DNA from: an uncultured Rhizobacter sp.
Lineage (GTDB): Bacteria > Pseudomonadota > Gammaproteobacteria > Burkholderiales > Burkholderiaceae_C
Direction: 5' to 3'
Length of the DNA stretch: 64,000 nucleotides
Assembly (NCBI GenBank): GCA_964236915.1
Contig: CAXSGM010000008.1
Coordinates: forward strand, 879 to 64,878
Notes under the pieces: generated by a model
What the model saw: the letters and a program-made list of their open reading frames with translations, nothing else
What the model was told of the DNA's origin: nothing
Databases searched by the model: none
Program-made: the position numbers and the translations under genes
Part shown: in pieces, positions 1-8,939 of the stretch
Layout: every line of letters begins with the position of its first letter
How positions within the stretch are numbered: the first letter of the stretch is position 1

Positions 1-22
1 CGCCTGGATCAGCGCGTCCACG

Positions 23-817
23 TCAGGCGTACTTCTTGAAGTCGGGCTTGCGGCGCTCGTTGAACGCCTTCACGCCCTCCTTCGATTCGTCAGACTGGTA
101 GTAGTGCTTGACCGTCTGGATGCCGAGAAAGCCGATGCCGCGGATGTTCTCGGTGTCGGCGTTGAACGAGCGCTTGGCGATCGTCAGCGCGGTCGGGCTC
201 ATCTCGTTGATCTCCTTGCACCACTGGTCGACCTCGGCGTCGAGCTGGTCGTGTGGCACGACCTTGTTGACGAGGCCCATCTTCTCGGCGTCGACCGCGC
301 TGTACTTGCGACATAGAAACCAGATCTCGCGCGCCTTTTTCTCGCCGACGATGCGCGCCAGGTAGGCGGTGCCCCAGCCGGGGTCGACCGAGCCGACCTT
401 CGGGCCGACCTGGCCGAAAGTGGCCTTTTCGGATGCGATGGTCAGGTCGCACAGGGTGGCGAACACATTGCCGCCGCCGATCGCGAAGCCCTGCACCTTG
501 GCGATCGAGACCTTGCGCAGATCGCGCAGTGCCGTCTGCATCTCCTCGATCGGCATGCCGACCGTGCCGCGCGGGCCGTAGAGGCCGTCTTCGCTCAAGT
601 GCACCTTCTGGTCGCCACCGGTGCAGAAGGCCTTGTCGCCGGCGCCGCTCAGCACCATGACGTTCGCGCTCTTTTCCTCGTCGGCACGGCGCAGGCCGTC
701 GATCAGCTCCTCGAGCGTCTGGTTGCGAAAGGCGTTGTAGACCTCGGGCCGGTTGATCGTGATGCGCACGACGCCGTCGCGCACGTCGTAGAGGATGTCC
801 TTGTAGTCTTTGCTCAT
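23..817 (-). CDS. badI: 2-ketocyclohexanecarboxyl-CoA hydrolase (MenB-like crotonase)
   Basis: True start MSKDYKD (ATG at 817, GAGGAAG upstream); motifs ITINRPEVYNAFR, AFCTGGDQ, GFAIGGG, QVGPKVGSVDPGWG; directly downstream of badH. Confidence 0.85.
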   Translation of the reverse strand: MSKDYKDILYDVRDGVVRITINRPEVYNAFRNQTLEELIDGLRRADEEKSANVMVLSGAGDKAFCTGGDQKVHLSEDGLYGPRGTVGMPIEEMQTALRDLRKVSIAKVQGFAIGGGNVFATLCDLTIASEKATFGQVGPKVGSVDPGWGTAYLARIVGEKKAREIWFLCRKYSAVDAEKMGLVNKVVPHDQLDAEVDQWCKEINEMSPTALTIAKRSFNADTENIRGIGFLGIQTVKHYYQSDESKEGVKAFNERRKPDFKKYA

Positions 818-827
818 TTGTTCTTCC

Positions 828-1598
828 TCAACCGTGCATCGAAAGACCGCCCGAGACGCTGATCGTCTGGCCGGTGATGAAGGCCGCGTCGTCGCTCGCG
901 AGAAAGGCGACGAGGCCGGGGTAATCGTCGGGCACGCCGATGCGGCCCAGGGGCACGCCGCGCACCATCGCGTCGCGAATCTTCTGGCCGGCTTCGCCGC
1001 TACCGACGAAGGCGTCCATGGCCGGCGTGTCGGTCGGGCCGGGGCAGACCGTGTTGACGGTGACGTTGCTGCGCGCCACCTCCCGTGCCAGCGCCTTGCC
1101 GAAGGCGATGGTTCCACCCTTGCAGCCCGAGTACACGACCTCGCCCGACGAGCCGACGCGGCCGGCATCGGACGCGATGTTGATGATCCGGCCGCTCTTG
1201 CGTGCACTCATTCCCTGGCCGACCGCATGCGTCATGTGCAACGGCCCCATGTAGTTGATCGCGACGACCTTTTTCCAGAACGCCTCGTCGGTTTTCAGGA
1301 ACGGCATCGGCGTGTCCCAGCCGGCGTTGTTGACGAGGATCGCAGTACCCGCACCGGTGGCGGCCTCGAATTCGGCCACGGCTTTGGTCACGGCGGCGTA
1401 GTCGGTGATGTCGCACAGCACGGCCACGGCCTTGCCGTCCGCGGCTTCGACCGCCGCGACAGTCTCCGCTGCGCCGGCTGGATTGATGTCGAATACGCCG
1501 ACCGTGACGCCCTCGCCGCCGAGCCGCAGTGCGATGGCACGGCCGATGCCGCTGCCGGCACCGGTGACGATGGCCGTTTTACCCTCGAGTCCTCGCAT
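828..1598 (-). CDS. badH: 2-hydroxycyclohexanecarboxyl-CoA dehydrogenase (SDR)
   Basis: MRGLEGKTAIVTGAGSGIG, NNAGWD, IASDAGRVGSSGEVVYSGCKGG, VCPGPTDT, C-terminal SVSGGLSMHG; adjacent to badI. Confidence 0.88.
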   Translation of the reverse strand: MRGLEGKTAIVTGAGSGIGRAIALRLGGEGVTVGVFDINPAGAAETVAAVEAADGKAVAVLCDITDYAAVTKAVAEFEAATGAGTAILVNNAGWDTPMPFLKTDEAFWKKVVAINYMGPLHMTHAVGQGMSARKSGRIINIASDAGRVGSSGEVVYSGCKGGTIAFGKALAREVARSNVTVNTVCPGPTDTPAMDAFVGSGEAGQKIRDAMVRGVPLGRIGVPDDYPGLVAFLASDDAAFITGQTISVSGGLSMHG

Positions 1599-1634
1599 GC
1601 GGAAAGTCTCCTGTGATTGAGTGGAATGACGCGC

Positions 1635-2840
1635 TCATGCGCCCTGCCGGCCGATGATCGACACGGCGCAGACGTTCTGGTGCGGATGGCCGCCGAGGTT
1701 CTGCGTCAGGCCGAGATCCATCTTTTTCAGCTGGCGCTCGCCGGCGCGGCCGTGAAGTTGCAGGTAGACCTCGTAGACCATGCGCAGGCCCGACGCACCG
1801 ATCGGATGGCCGAAGCACTTCAAGCCGCCGTCCGGCTCTATCGGCAGCTTGCCGTCGAGGTCGAAGACGCCGTCGAGCACGTCGTTGATCACGCGGCCCG
1901 GGGCACTGAAGCCGAGGTCTTCCATCAGCACCGCTTCGGTGATCGAGAAACAATCGTGCACCTCGGCCATGTCGATCTGGGAGCGCGGATCGGTGATGCC
2001 GGCGGCCGCGTAGGCGCGCGCGCCGGCGACGCGGGCGGTGGCGATGTGCGCGCCGTCCCAGCCCTGGAAGCCGGCTTCCTCGCCGTTGCTGACCGAGACT
2101 TCGAGCGCCTTGATCGCGATGATCTCGGCGTCTACCTTCAGTGAACGTGCGATCTCGGGTGTCGTCAGAATCGCGCAGGCCGCGCCGTCGCTGACGCCGC
2201 TGCAGTCGAACAGGCCGAGCGGCGCGGCGATCGTCATCGCTTTGAGCACGTCGTCGATCGTGATCCTGTTGCGCAGGTGCGCCTTTGGATTGAGCGCGGC
2301 GTTGGCGTGGCTCTTTACCGAGATGTGGGCCATCGCGCGCTTCAAATCGGGCATCGCGACGCCGTGCTTGGCCGCATACGCCGACGCCAGTTGCGCGAAC
2401 GCGCCGGGCGCCGTCGAATTCGGCAGCCAGAGGTCGTTGGCGACGCCGCGGGTGCGCACCGGCAGGCCGCCGTAGCCGGTGTCCTTCAGTTTCTCGACGC
2501 CGAGCGCGAGAACGATGTCGTAGGCGCCCGCGGCGATCGCGTAGGCGGCGCCGCGCAGCGCCTCGGTGCCGGTGGCGCAGGCGTTCTCGACCCGGGTGGC
2601 GGCAATGCGCGGCAGGCGCAGCGCCTGCGCGAGCGGGCCGGCAGTCTTGCCGACGTTGTTTTCTTCCAGGCAGACGCCGAACCAGGCCGCCTCGATCTGC
2701 GAACCCTGGACGCCGGCATCCGCCAGCGCCTCGTTGAAAGCCTCGAGCATCAGGTCCTCGGGGCCGGCGTCCCAGCGCTCGCCAAAGCGCGTGCAGCCCA
2801 TGCCGATGATGGCGACCTTGTCGCGGATGCCGGTGGCCAT
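1635..2840 (-). CDS. SCP2-type thiolase / acetyl-CoA acetyltransferase family protein
   Basis: VENACATG (Cys nucleophile), EVHDCF, GGLKCFGHPIGASG, TQNLGG. Confidence 0.88.
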   Translation of the reverse strand: MATGIRDKVAIIGMGCTRFGERWDAGPEDLMLEAFNEALADAGVQGSQIEAAWFGVCLEENNVGKTAGPLAQALRLPRIAATRVENACATGTEALRGAAYAIAAGAYDIVLALGVEKLKDTGYGGLPVRTRGVANDLWLPNSTAPGAFAQLASAYAAKHGVAMPDLKRAMAHISVKSHANAALNPKAHLRNRITIDDVLKAMTIAAPLGLFDCSGVSDGAACAILTTPEIARSLKVDAEIIAIKALEVSVSNGEEAGFQGWDGAHIATARVAGARAYAAAGITDPRSQIDMAEVHDCFSITEAVLMEDLGFSAPGRVINDVLDGVFDLDGKLPIEPDGGLKCFGHPIGASGLRMVYEVYLQLHGRAGERQLKKMDLGLTQNLGGHPHQNVCAVSIIGRQGA

Positions 2841-4375
2841 CAGACGTTCTCCCCGGTGGTTGCGACGTTCGCCTTGTCCGGGTCGACGCGCACACCGTGC
2901 ATCGCGTCGCTGGCCGGTGCGGTGCGGTCGGCGTCGCCGCGCACCGGCGTCGCTTTCCAGAAGTAGCGGCGAAAGCCGCGCGCCGCGTCCAGGTCCTTGA
3001 TGCGATAGACCATGCGCACGGCGGCGCCGACGGCGAGTTCGTCACGGTCGGTGTCGGCGAACTCCATCAGCACCCGACCGCCGCCTTCGAAATCGATATG
3101 GCCGAACTGAAACGGCGGCGCCGGTGTGTAGCCGAGAAAGTCGCTGGTGTGCGAGAGCACGCGGGCCGGGCGGTCGACGAAGCTCGTGGGGCTTTGCGTG
3201 TCCTGTGCCTTGCAGGCCGGGTTCACGCACAGCCGGGATCGCGGGAACTGAACGGTGCCGCAACCCGTGCACTCGCCGCCCTCGAATCGTTCCGTCCGCG
3301 CGTGGTCACGCCATGCCGCGGTGAGCGCCGGCTTGTTGTCCATCTCGGCGCGCATACCCCACGCGAGCGCGATTTGGCCGGTGAACGACAGGTACTTCAT
3401 GTAGCTGGTCTCGGCCTTGCTGGAATCCGACTCCCGGCCGGGGCAAGGCACCGAGGTGCGCTTGAGCAGCAGCACGTCGCAGCCGCTGCCGAACGCGGCG
3501 ACCAGGATCAGCGCCCCCGGCAGGGCGGCGCGCAACGCGGTGTCGAGCATGGCGAGCGGTTGAGCACAGCCGAGGTCGCCGATCGTCTCGGCTGCCGTCG
3601 GGACGAGCGCGGTGGCGGCGATGCCGGCGCGCTTGGCCACCGCCTCGTTGATGCGCGGCACGGGCGCCGGCAGCGCAAAGTGAGCGACGTCGGCGGCCGA
3701 GACGCCGGCGTCGACAAGACACCTCAGGACCGTGTCGGCCGCCAGCTTCATGTAGCCCTCGTCACGCACCCAGCGCTCTTCCCAGCCGTATTCGTAGGCC
3801 TCGCCCGTCTGCCGGAAGTGGTCGACGAAGTCGGCGTGCACGCTGCGTGCGGCGACGAGGGTGGCGATGGCCGGGCCGGTACCGACGCAAGCCGCCGCGG
3901 CGCCGTCGCCGAAGATCATTTCTTGTGCGCTGCCGGGGCGCGCGGTCCGGCGCTCCGAGGCGACGATGATGCGGGTCGTGTCCGGCGCAGGATGGCGCAA
4001 GGCCGCGGCGAGTTCGGTCAGTGCGGCGCGGGAACTGGAGGCGACGTCGCGCACGACCGCGTCGTCGGTCAGGCCGAGCGCCGCGGCGACGATGCCGGCA
4101 TTCAGGCGGTCGGCAAAGGGCAGGGTGGTCGATGCGAGCGTGAGTTCGACGGCGGTTCCGGACGGGGGAGCGGCCATCAAGGCACGCCCGGCTTCAACAG
4201 CCATCGTGACCGTGTCCTCGTCCCAGTTGGCCATGGTGCGCTGGCCCTTGGCGAGCGATTTCAGACCTGGCGCCATCCAGCGGTGCTGCTCGAAGACGGC
4301 GCTTCGCTCGAGGCGCAGCCGCGGCGCGTAGTAGGCAATAGCCAGCAGACCGAAGGCGGGCTGGGTGTCGCTCAT
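2840..4375 (-). CDS. HMG-CoA-synthase-like domain fused to DUF35 Zn-ribbon/OB-fold
   Basis: Start MSDTQP after GGAG; YAPRLRL, ANWDEDTVTMAVEA, GDGAAA; C-terminal CTGC-x10-CVNPAC and RYFWKA; stop overlaps the thiolase start. Confidence 0.85.
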   Translation of the reverse strand: MSDTQPAFGLLAIAYYAPRLRLERSAVFEQHRWMAPGLKSLAKGQRTMANWDEDTVTMAVEAGRALMAAPPSGTAVELTLASTTLPFADRLNAGIVAAALGLTDDAVVRDVASSSRAALTELAAALRHPAPDTTRIIVASERRTARPGSAQEMIFGDGAAAACVGTGPAIATLVAARSVHADFVDHFRQTGEAYEYGWEERWVRDEGYMKLAADTVLRCLVDAGVSAADVAHFALPAPVPRINEAVAKRAGIAATALVPTAAETIGDLGCAQPLAMLDTALRAALPGALILVAAFGSGCDVLLLKRTSVPCPGRESDSSKAETSYMKYLSFTGQIALAWGMRAEMDNKPALTAAWRDHARTERFEGGECTGCGTVQFPRSRLCVNPACKAQDTQSPTSFVDRPARVLSHTSDFLGYTPAPPFQFGHIDFEGGGRVLMEFADTDRDELAVGAAVRMVYRIKDLDAARGFRRYFWKATPVRGDADRTAPASDAMHGVRVDPDKANVATTGENV

Positions 4376-4459
4376 CGGCTGCTCGCCTGAATTGGCATCG
4401 GGATGGGCATTGAGTCGTTCCGGACGGTGTGCGCGCTGTGCATGGTCAGGTGCTGCATG

Positions 4460-4473
4460 GTACGCTAGTGCAC
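4460..4473. promoter_or_regulatory. Putative operator (GTACGCTAGTGCAC) in divergent promoter region
   Basis: Near-perfect 14-bp palindrome; related copies precede other operons of the island. Confidence 0.65.
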
Positions 4474-4634
4474 GATATGGTCGCAAGTCGGGTCAGTGCC
4501 GGAAAACGCTGGGGTTTTCCCTGTCCTGGCACGAAGGAGACGAGTGTGAGCAAGCTCTTGCTTCGTTTCTGCCGCATCGAGGCGGTCCGGCGGCCCCTGA
4601 TCCCGTCCGAAGACGATCAACCGAGGAGACTCCC

Positions 4635-5567
4635 ATGCCCGCACAGAAGAAAGTCATCATCACCTGCGCCGTCACCGGTGCGATCCACACACCGTCGATG
4701 TCGCCATACCTGCCGGTCACCGCCCAGGAGATCGCGGACGCGGCGGTCGGCGCCGCGGAGGCCGGCGCGGCCATCATCCACTTGCACGCACGTGACCCCG
4801 TCACCGGCAAGCCCGACCAGCGCCCCGAGGCCTTCGTGCCGTTTCTGAAGGACATCAAGGCGCGGTCGGACGCGGTCATCAACCTGACCACCGGCGGTTC
4901 GCCCTACATGACGGTGCAGGAGCGCATGCAGCCGGCCAAGGTGCTCAAACCCGAGGTCGCGTCGATGAACATGGGCACGATGAACTTCGGCCTGTTTCCG
5001 ATGCTCGAGCGCTTCAAGGAGTTCAAGCACGACTGGGAGCGGCCCTATCTCGAGGGCAGCAAGGACCTGATCTTCCGCAACACCTACGGCGATCTCGAGA
5101 CCGTACTGACCGAGCTGTCATCGAACCAGACCCGCTACGAGTTCGAGTGCTACGACACTTCCCACCTCTACAACCTGGCGCACTTCGTCGATCGCGGCTT
5201 GGTCGAGACGCCGTTTTTCGTGCAGACGGTGTTCGGAATCCTCGGCGGCATCGGCAGCCACCCGGACGACGTGATGCACATGAAGCGCACCGCCGACCGG
5301 CTGTTCGGCGCCGACTACCGCTGGTCGGTGCTCGGCGCCGGACGCAGCCAGATGCCGATCGCCGCGATGTCGGCGGCCATGGGCGGCAACGTACGCGTCG
5401 GCCTCGAAGATAGCCTCTGGATCGGCAAAGGCCAGCTCGCCGAGTCGAACGCGCAGCAGGTTCGCAAGGTGCGCGAGATCATCCAGGGCCTGGGGCTCGA
5501 GGTGGCGACGCCGAACGAGGCGCGCGACATCCTGCAACTCAAGGGCAAGGAGGCGGTAGCGTTCTGA
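4635..5567 (+). CDS. Beta-keto acid cleavage enzyme (BKACE / DUF849, Kce family)
   Basis: KVIITCAVTGAIHTPSMSPYLP, IHLHARDP (Zn HxH), EFECYD, GGNVRVGLED; RBS GAGGAG. Confidence 0.92.
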   Translation: MPAQKKVIITCAVTGAIHTPSMSPYLPVTAQEIADAAVGAAEAGAAIIHLHARDPVTGKPDQRPEAFVPFLKDIKARSDAVINLTTGGSPYMTVQERMQPAKVLKPEVASMNMGTMNFGLFPMLERFKEFKHDWERPYLEGSKDLIFRNTYGDLETVLTELSSNQTRYEFECYDTSHLYNLAHFVDRGLVETPFFVQTVFGILGGIGSHPDDVMHMKRTADRLFGADYRWSVLGAGRSQMPIAAMSAAMGGNVRVGLEDSLWIGKGQLAESNAQQVRKVREIIQGLGLEVATPNEARDILQLKGKEAVAF

Positions 5568-5650
5568 GGCGACGGCGATTCCGCCATGAGGGCTAGAATG
5601 TACACATCCTTATAGTAAAAGCTCAGCCAACATCGGCGGGCGCCGTTCTC

Positions 5651-6115
5651 ATGCCTGCTGACACGCATTCGATCGATTGGGAACTCCGTCTCGGCTTCCT
5701 CATTCACGATGTGTCGCGCCTGCGCCGCAGCGCTTTCGACCGCTGCTTGAAACCATTGAGCGTCACGCGCTCCCAGTGGTGGGTTCTCGCCTACCTGTCG
5801 CGGGAGGACGGCATGACGCAGTCGCAGCTCGCCGAGGAGCTCGATCTGGGCAAGGTCGCGGTCGGCGGGCTGATCGACCGGCTCGAGAAGTCCGGCCTGG
5901 TGCGGCGCGACGCGGATGCCACCGATCGGCGCGTCAACCGCGTCTTCCTCGAGCCAAAAAGCAAGCAGCTGATCGCCAAGATGCGCAAGGTGAGCCACCG
6001 CCTGAACGCGCAGATCCTCGATGGCCTGGCCGACCCCAAGCTCGAAGCTGCGGCGACGACGCTCGATGCGATGAAGCGCAACCTGCTGACTTACCTCCAG
6101 GCCGGCGTGGCATGA
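5651..6115 (+). CDS. MarR-family transcriptional regulator (BadR-like position)
   Basis: LGFLIHDVSRLRR, wHTH QSQLAEELDLGKVAVGGLIDRLEKSGLV, DRR wing motif. Confidence 0.9.
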   Translation: MPADTHSIDWELRLGFLIHDVSRLRRSAFDRCLKPLSVTRSQWWVLAYLSREDGMTQSQLAEELDLGKVAVGGLIDRLEKSGLVRRDADATDRRVNRVFLEPKSKQLIAKMRKVSHRLNAQILDGLADPKLEAAATTLDAMKRNLLTYLQAGVA

Positions 6116-6206
6116 GAAGCTGAGGTTTTCGGCCGCCTCCGGCGCGCCGATCTGCTCGCTTCCCCGGGGGTCGCCGGGCTTGCGAGCGATCACCAATCAA
6201 CGTATC

Positions 6207-6220
6207 GTACGGTAGTGAAC
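6207..6220. promoter_or_regulatory. Putative operator (GTACGGTAGTGAAC) upstream of aliA
   Basis: Matches the shared motif; about 65 bp upstream of the start codon. Confidence 0.6.
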
Positions 6221-6283
6221 CAATTTGCCCTGGGCGAGGCAGCGACGCTGCCGAGCCGTGGGCGTACTACCGGAGATTCCTGC

Positions 6284-7924
6284 ATGACGGTCACCGCATT
6301 CGACCCCGCCGCCCACGGCCGCGCGATGCGCGAGGCGGGCTTCTGGCTCGACAAGACGATCGACGACTTTCTCGTCACCGCGATCGAGCGGACGCCCGAC
6401 AAGTCGGCGCTGGTCAGCTACCGTGCCGACTGCAACGTGCCGCAAAGCCTGACGTACCGCGAGCTCGGCGAGAAGGTGGCGCTGGCTGCCGGTGCCCTGC
6501 GCGGCCTGGGAGTCGTCGCGGGGGACGTGGTCGCCGTGCAGGTACCGAACTGGTCGGAGTTCGTTCTCACATCGTTGGCTTGCGGTCGCATCGGTGCGGT
6601 CCTGAACCCGCTCATGCCGATCTTCCGGGAGCGCGAGCTCGAATTCATGCTCGGCTTTGCCGAAGCCAAGGTCTTCGTCGTGCCGGCGATGTTCCGCGGC
6701 TTCGACCACGCGGCGATGGCCGAGCGCCTGAAGCTGCGACTGCCGAAGCTCCAGCACGTGCTGGTGGTCGATGGCACCGGTGACAACGCCTTCGACCGGG
6801 TGCTGCTGCAGGGCGACGAGCGGGTCGAGGCGGCGGGCAGCCCCGCCGAGGCTGCGCTCGACCCGGGCGAGCTCGCGGTGATGATGTTCACCTCCGGCAC
6901 CACCGGTTCACCCAAGGGCGTGATGCACAGCTGCAACACGCTGCTCGCCTGCAACAAGGCGCTGTCGGGTCGCTTCGGGCTCACGTCCGACGACGTGCTG
7001 CTCGGCTGCTCACCGCTCGGCCACATGACGGGCTATGCCGCGGTGATGGTGCTCGGCATCTACCTCGGCTCGACCGTCGTGCTGCAAGACGTCTGGGAAG
7101 CGAAGCGCGGCGTCACGCTGATGGCGGCCGAGGGCGTCACCTACACGGCCGCCTCGTCGCCATTCCTGTCCGACGTCTGCAACGCGGTCGCAGAAGGGTC
7201 CCCCAGGCCGGATCGCCTGCGCTCGTTCCTGTGCGGGGGTGCGCCGATCCCACCGGTGCTCATCGAGCGTGCCGCGCGCGAGCTCGACCTGAAGGTGTGC
7301 TCACTGTGGGGGATGACCGAATCGCTGTCGAGCACGCTGACCGAGCCCGAGCGTGCGGCCGACAAATCGTCGAAGACCGACGGCCGCGCACTCGGCGGCG
7401 TCGGCGTGCGCATCGTCGATTTCGACGGCAAGCCGACGACCACCGGCGAAACCGGCCGGCTGATGGTGCGCGGCGCGCAGATGTCGCTCGGCTACTACAA
7501 GCGGCCCGATCTGGTGACCTACGACGCCGATGGCTGGTTCGACACCGGCGACCTCGCCTACATGGACGACGAAGGCTATATCCGCATCAACGGCCGCACC
7601 AAGGACGTGTTGATTCGCGGCGGCGAGAACGTGCCTGTCGTCGAGATCGAGGCGCTGCTCTACAAGCACCCGGCGATCGCGACGGCCGCCATCGTCGGCT
7701 ACCCGGACGACCGGCTCGGGGAGCGCGCCTGTGCGTTCGTCGAGCTGCGACCGGGCGCCTCGATCGACCTCGCCGCCGTGCAGGCCTACATGGCCGAGTG
7801 CAAGGTCGCCAAGCAGTACTGGCCGGAGCGTGTCGAGGTGCTGCCGGCCGTGCCGCGCACGCCCAGCGGCAAGGTCCAGAAGTTCATCCTCAAAGAGCGC
7901 GCCAAGGACTTCCGCGCGGGTTAG
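6284..7924 (+). CDS. aliA: Cyclohexanecarboxylate-CoA ligase
   Basis: ATG after GGAGA; FTSGTTGSPKGVMH, NPLMPIFRERELEFML, SPLGHMTG, WFDTGD, GRTKDVLIRGGENVPVVEIE; bad/ali context. Confidence 0.8.
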   Translation: MTVTAFDPAAHGRAMREAGFWLDKTIDDFLVTAIERTPDKSALVSYRADCNVPQSLTYRELGEKVALAAGALRGLGVVAGDVVAVQVPNWSEFVLTSLACGRIGAVLNPLMPIFRERELEFMLGFAEAKVFVVPAMFRGFDHAAMAERLKLRLPKLQHVLVVDGTGDNAFDRVLLQGDERVEAAGSPAEAALDPGELAVMMFTSGTTGSPKGVMHSCNTLLACNKALSGRFGLTSDDVLLGCSPLGHMTGYAAVMVLGIYLGSTVVLQDVWEAKRGVTLMAAEGVTYTAASSPFLSDVCNAVAEGSPRPDRLRSFLCGGAPIPPVLIERAARELDLKVCSLWGMTESLSSTLTEPERAADKSSKTDGRALGGVGVRIVDFDGKPTTTGETGRLMVRGAQMSLGYYKRPDLVTYDADGWFDTGDLAYMDDEGYIRINGRTKDVLIRGGENVPVVEIEALLYKHPAIATAAIVGYPDDRLGERACAFVELRPGASIDLAAVQAYMAECKVAKQYWPERVEVLPAVPRTPSGKVQKFILKERAKDFRAG

Positions 7925-7942
7925 CCCTGAGTCATGTGTAAG

Positions 7943-7956
7943 GTACGCTAGTGTAT
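7943..7956. promoter_or_regulatory. Putative operator (GTACGCTAGTGTAT) upstream of first ABC operon
   Basis: Best match to the palindromic consensus, in an AT-rich intergenic patch. Confidence 0.65.
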
Positions 7957-8029
7957 TATTTAGCCGGTCGAGCTCCAGAGCTCAACTTCGCTGCCCGATC
8001 GGGCCGCCCCGACGAAACGGACCCGGCGC

Positions 8030-8884
8030 ATGGACATCGCGGCTTCTACCGCAACGCAGGCATCCTCACCGGCTCGTCACTCCGTGGCAGGCTGGCGGCC
8101 GGCCGTCGGCGTGGCGCTGGAGGTCGAAGGGGTCGATCTTCGCTTCGGCGGCATCCATGCGCTGCGCGGCGTGTCGTTTGCCGCGTCGCCGGGGCAGATC
8201 ACCGCGGTGATCGGGCCGAACGGTGCCGGCAAGACCAGCGTCTTCAACACGATTTCCGGGTTCTACCGACCCGCAGCCGGGCGCATCCTGCTCGACGGGC
8301 AGGACATCACCGGCGTTCCCGTGCACCGGCGAGCCGCACGCGGAATGGCGCGCACCTTCCAGAACATCGCGCTGTTCCACGGCCTGAGCGTGCTCGAGAA
8401 CATCAAGCTGGGCGGCCACCACACCATGCGCGCCGGTTTGTTGCAAAGCCTGGCGCATACGCCTGCGGCGCGTGACGAAGAACTCGCGCTGCGGGGCGAG
8501 GTCGAGCGGCGCGTGATCGACTTCCTGCAGATCGATCACCTGCGGCATCGGCCGGTCGAGGCGCTGTCGTACGGCCTGCAAAAGCGTGTCGAGCTGGCGC
8601 GGGCGCTGGCGATGCGGCCGCGCGTGCTGCTGCTCGACGAACCGGTCGCGGGCATGAACCGCGAAGAGACCGAGGACATGGCGCGTTTCATCCTCGACGT
8701 GCAGGAGGAGTGGGGCGTGACGGTGCTGCTGGTCGAGCACGACATGGGCATGGTGATGGATATCTCGAGCCATGTGGTCGTGCTGAACTTCGGACAGGTG
8801 ATCGCCAGCGGCTCGCCCGCCGAGGTGCGAAGCCATCCGGACGTGATCCAGGCCTATCTCGGCGCCGACGAGGAGGGCGCTTGA
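8030..8884 (+). CDS. ABC transporter ATP-binding protein (LivG-like)
   Basis: GPNGAGKT, ARTFQN, LSYGLQKRVELARAL, LLLDEP. Confidence 0.92.
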   Translation: MDIAASTATQASSPARHSVAGWRPAVGVALEVEGVDLRFGGIHALRGVSFAASPGQITAVIGPNGAGKTSVFNTISGFYRPAAGRILLDGQDITGVPVHRRAARGMARTFQNIALFHGLSVLENIKLGGHHTMRAGLLQSLAHTPAARDEELALRGEVERRVIDFLQIDHLRHRPVEALSYGLQKRVELARALAMRPRVLLLDEPVAGMNREETEDMARFILDVQEEWGVTVLLVEHDMGMVMDISSHVVVLNFGQVIASGSPAEVRSHPDVIQAYLGADEEGA

Positions 8885-8939
8885 TCGCAAGGGCCGCCGC
8901 ACCCCGCTGCCCGCCCTGTTCGGCGAACGGGGTGTCGTC

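Noticed and set aside
23-817. menB (menaquinone synthesis)
   Set aside because: No men genes nearby; adjacent to badH, so BadI is the better call
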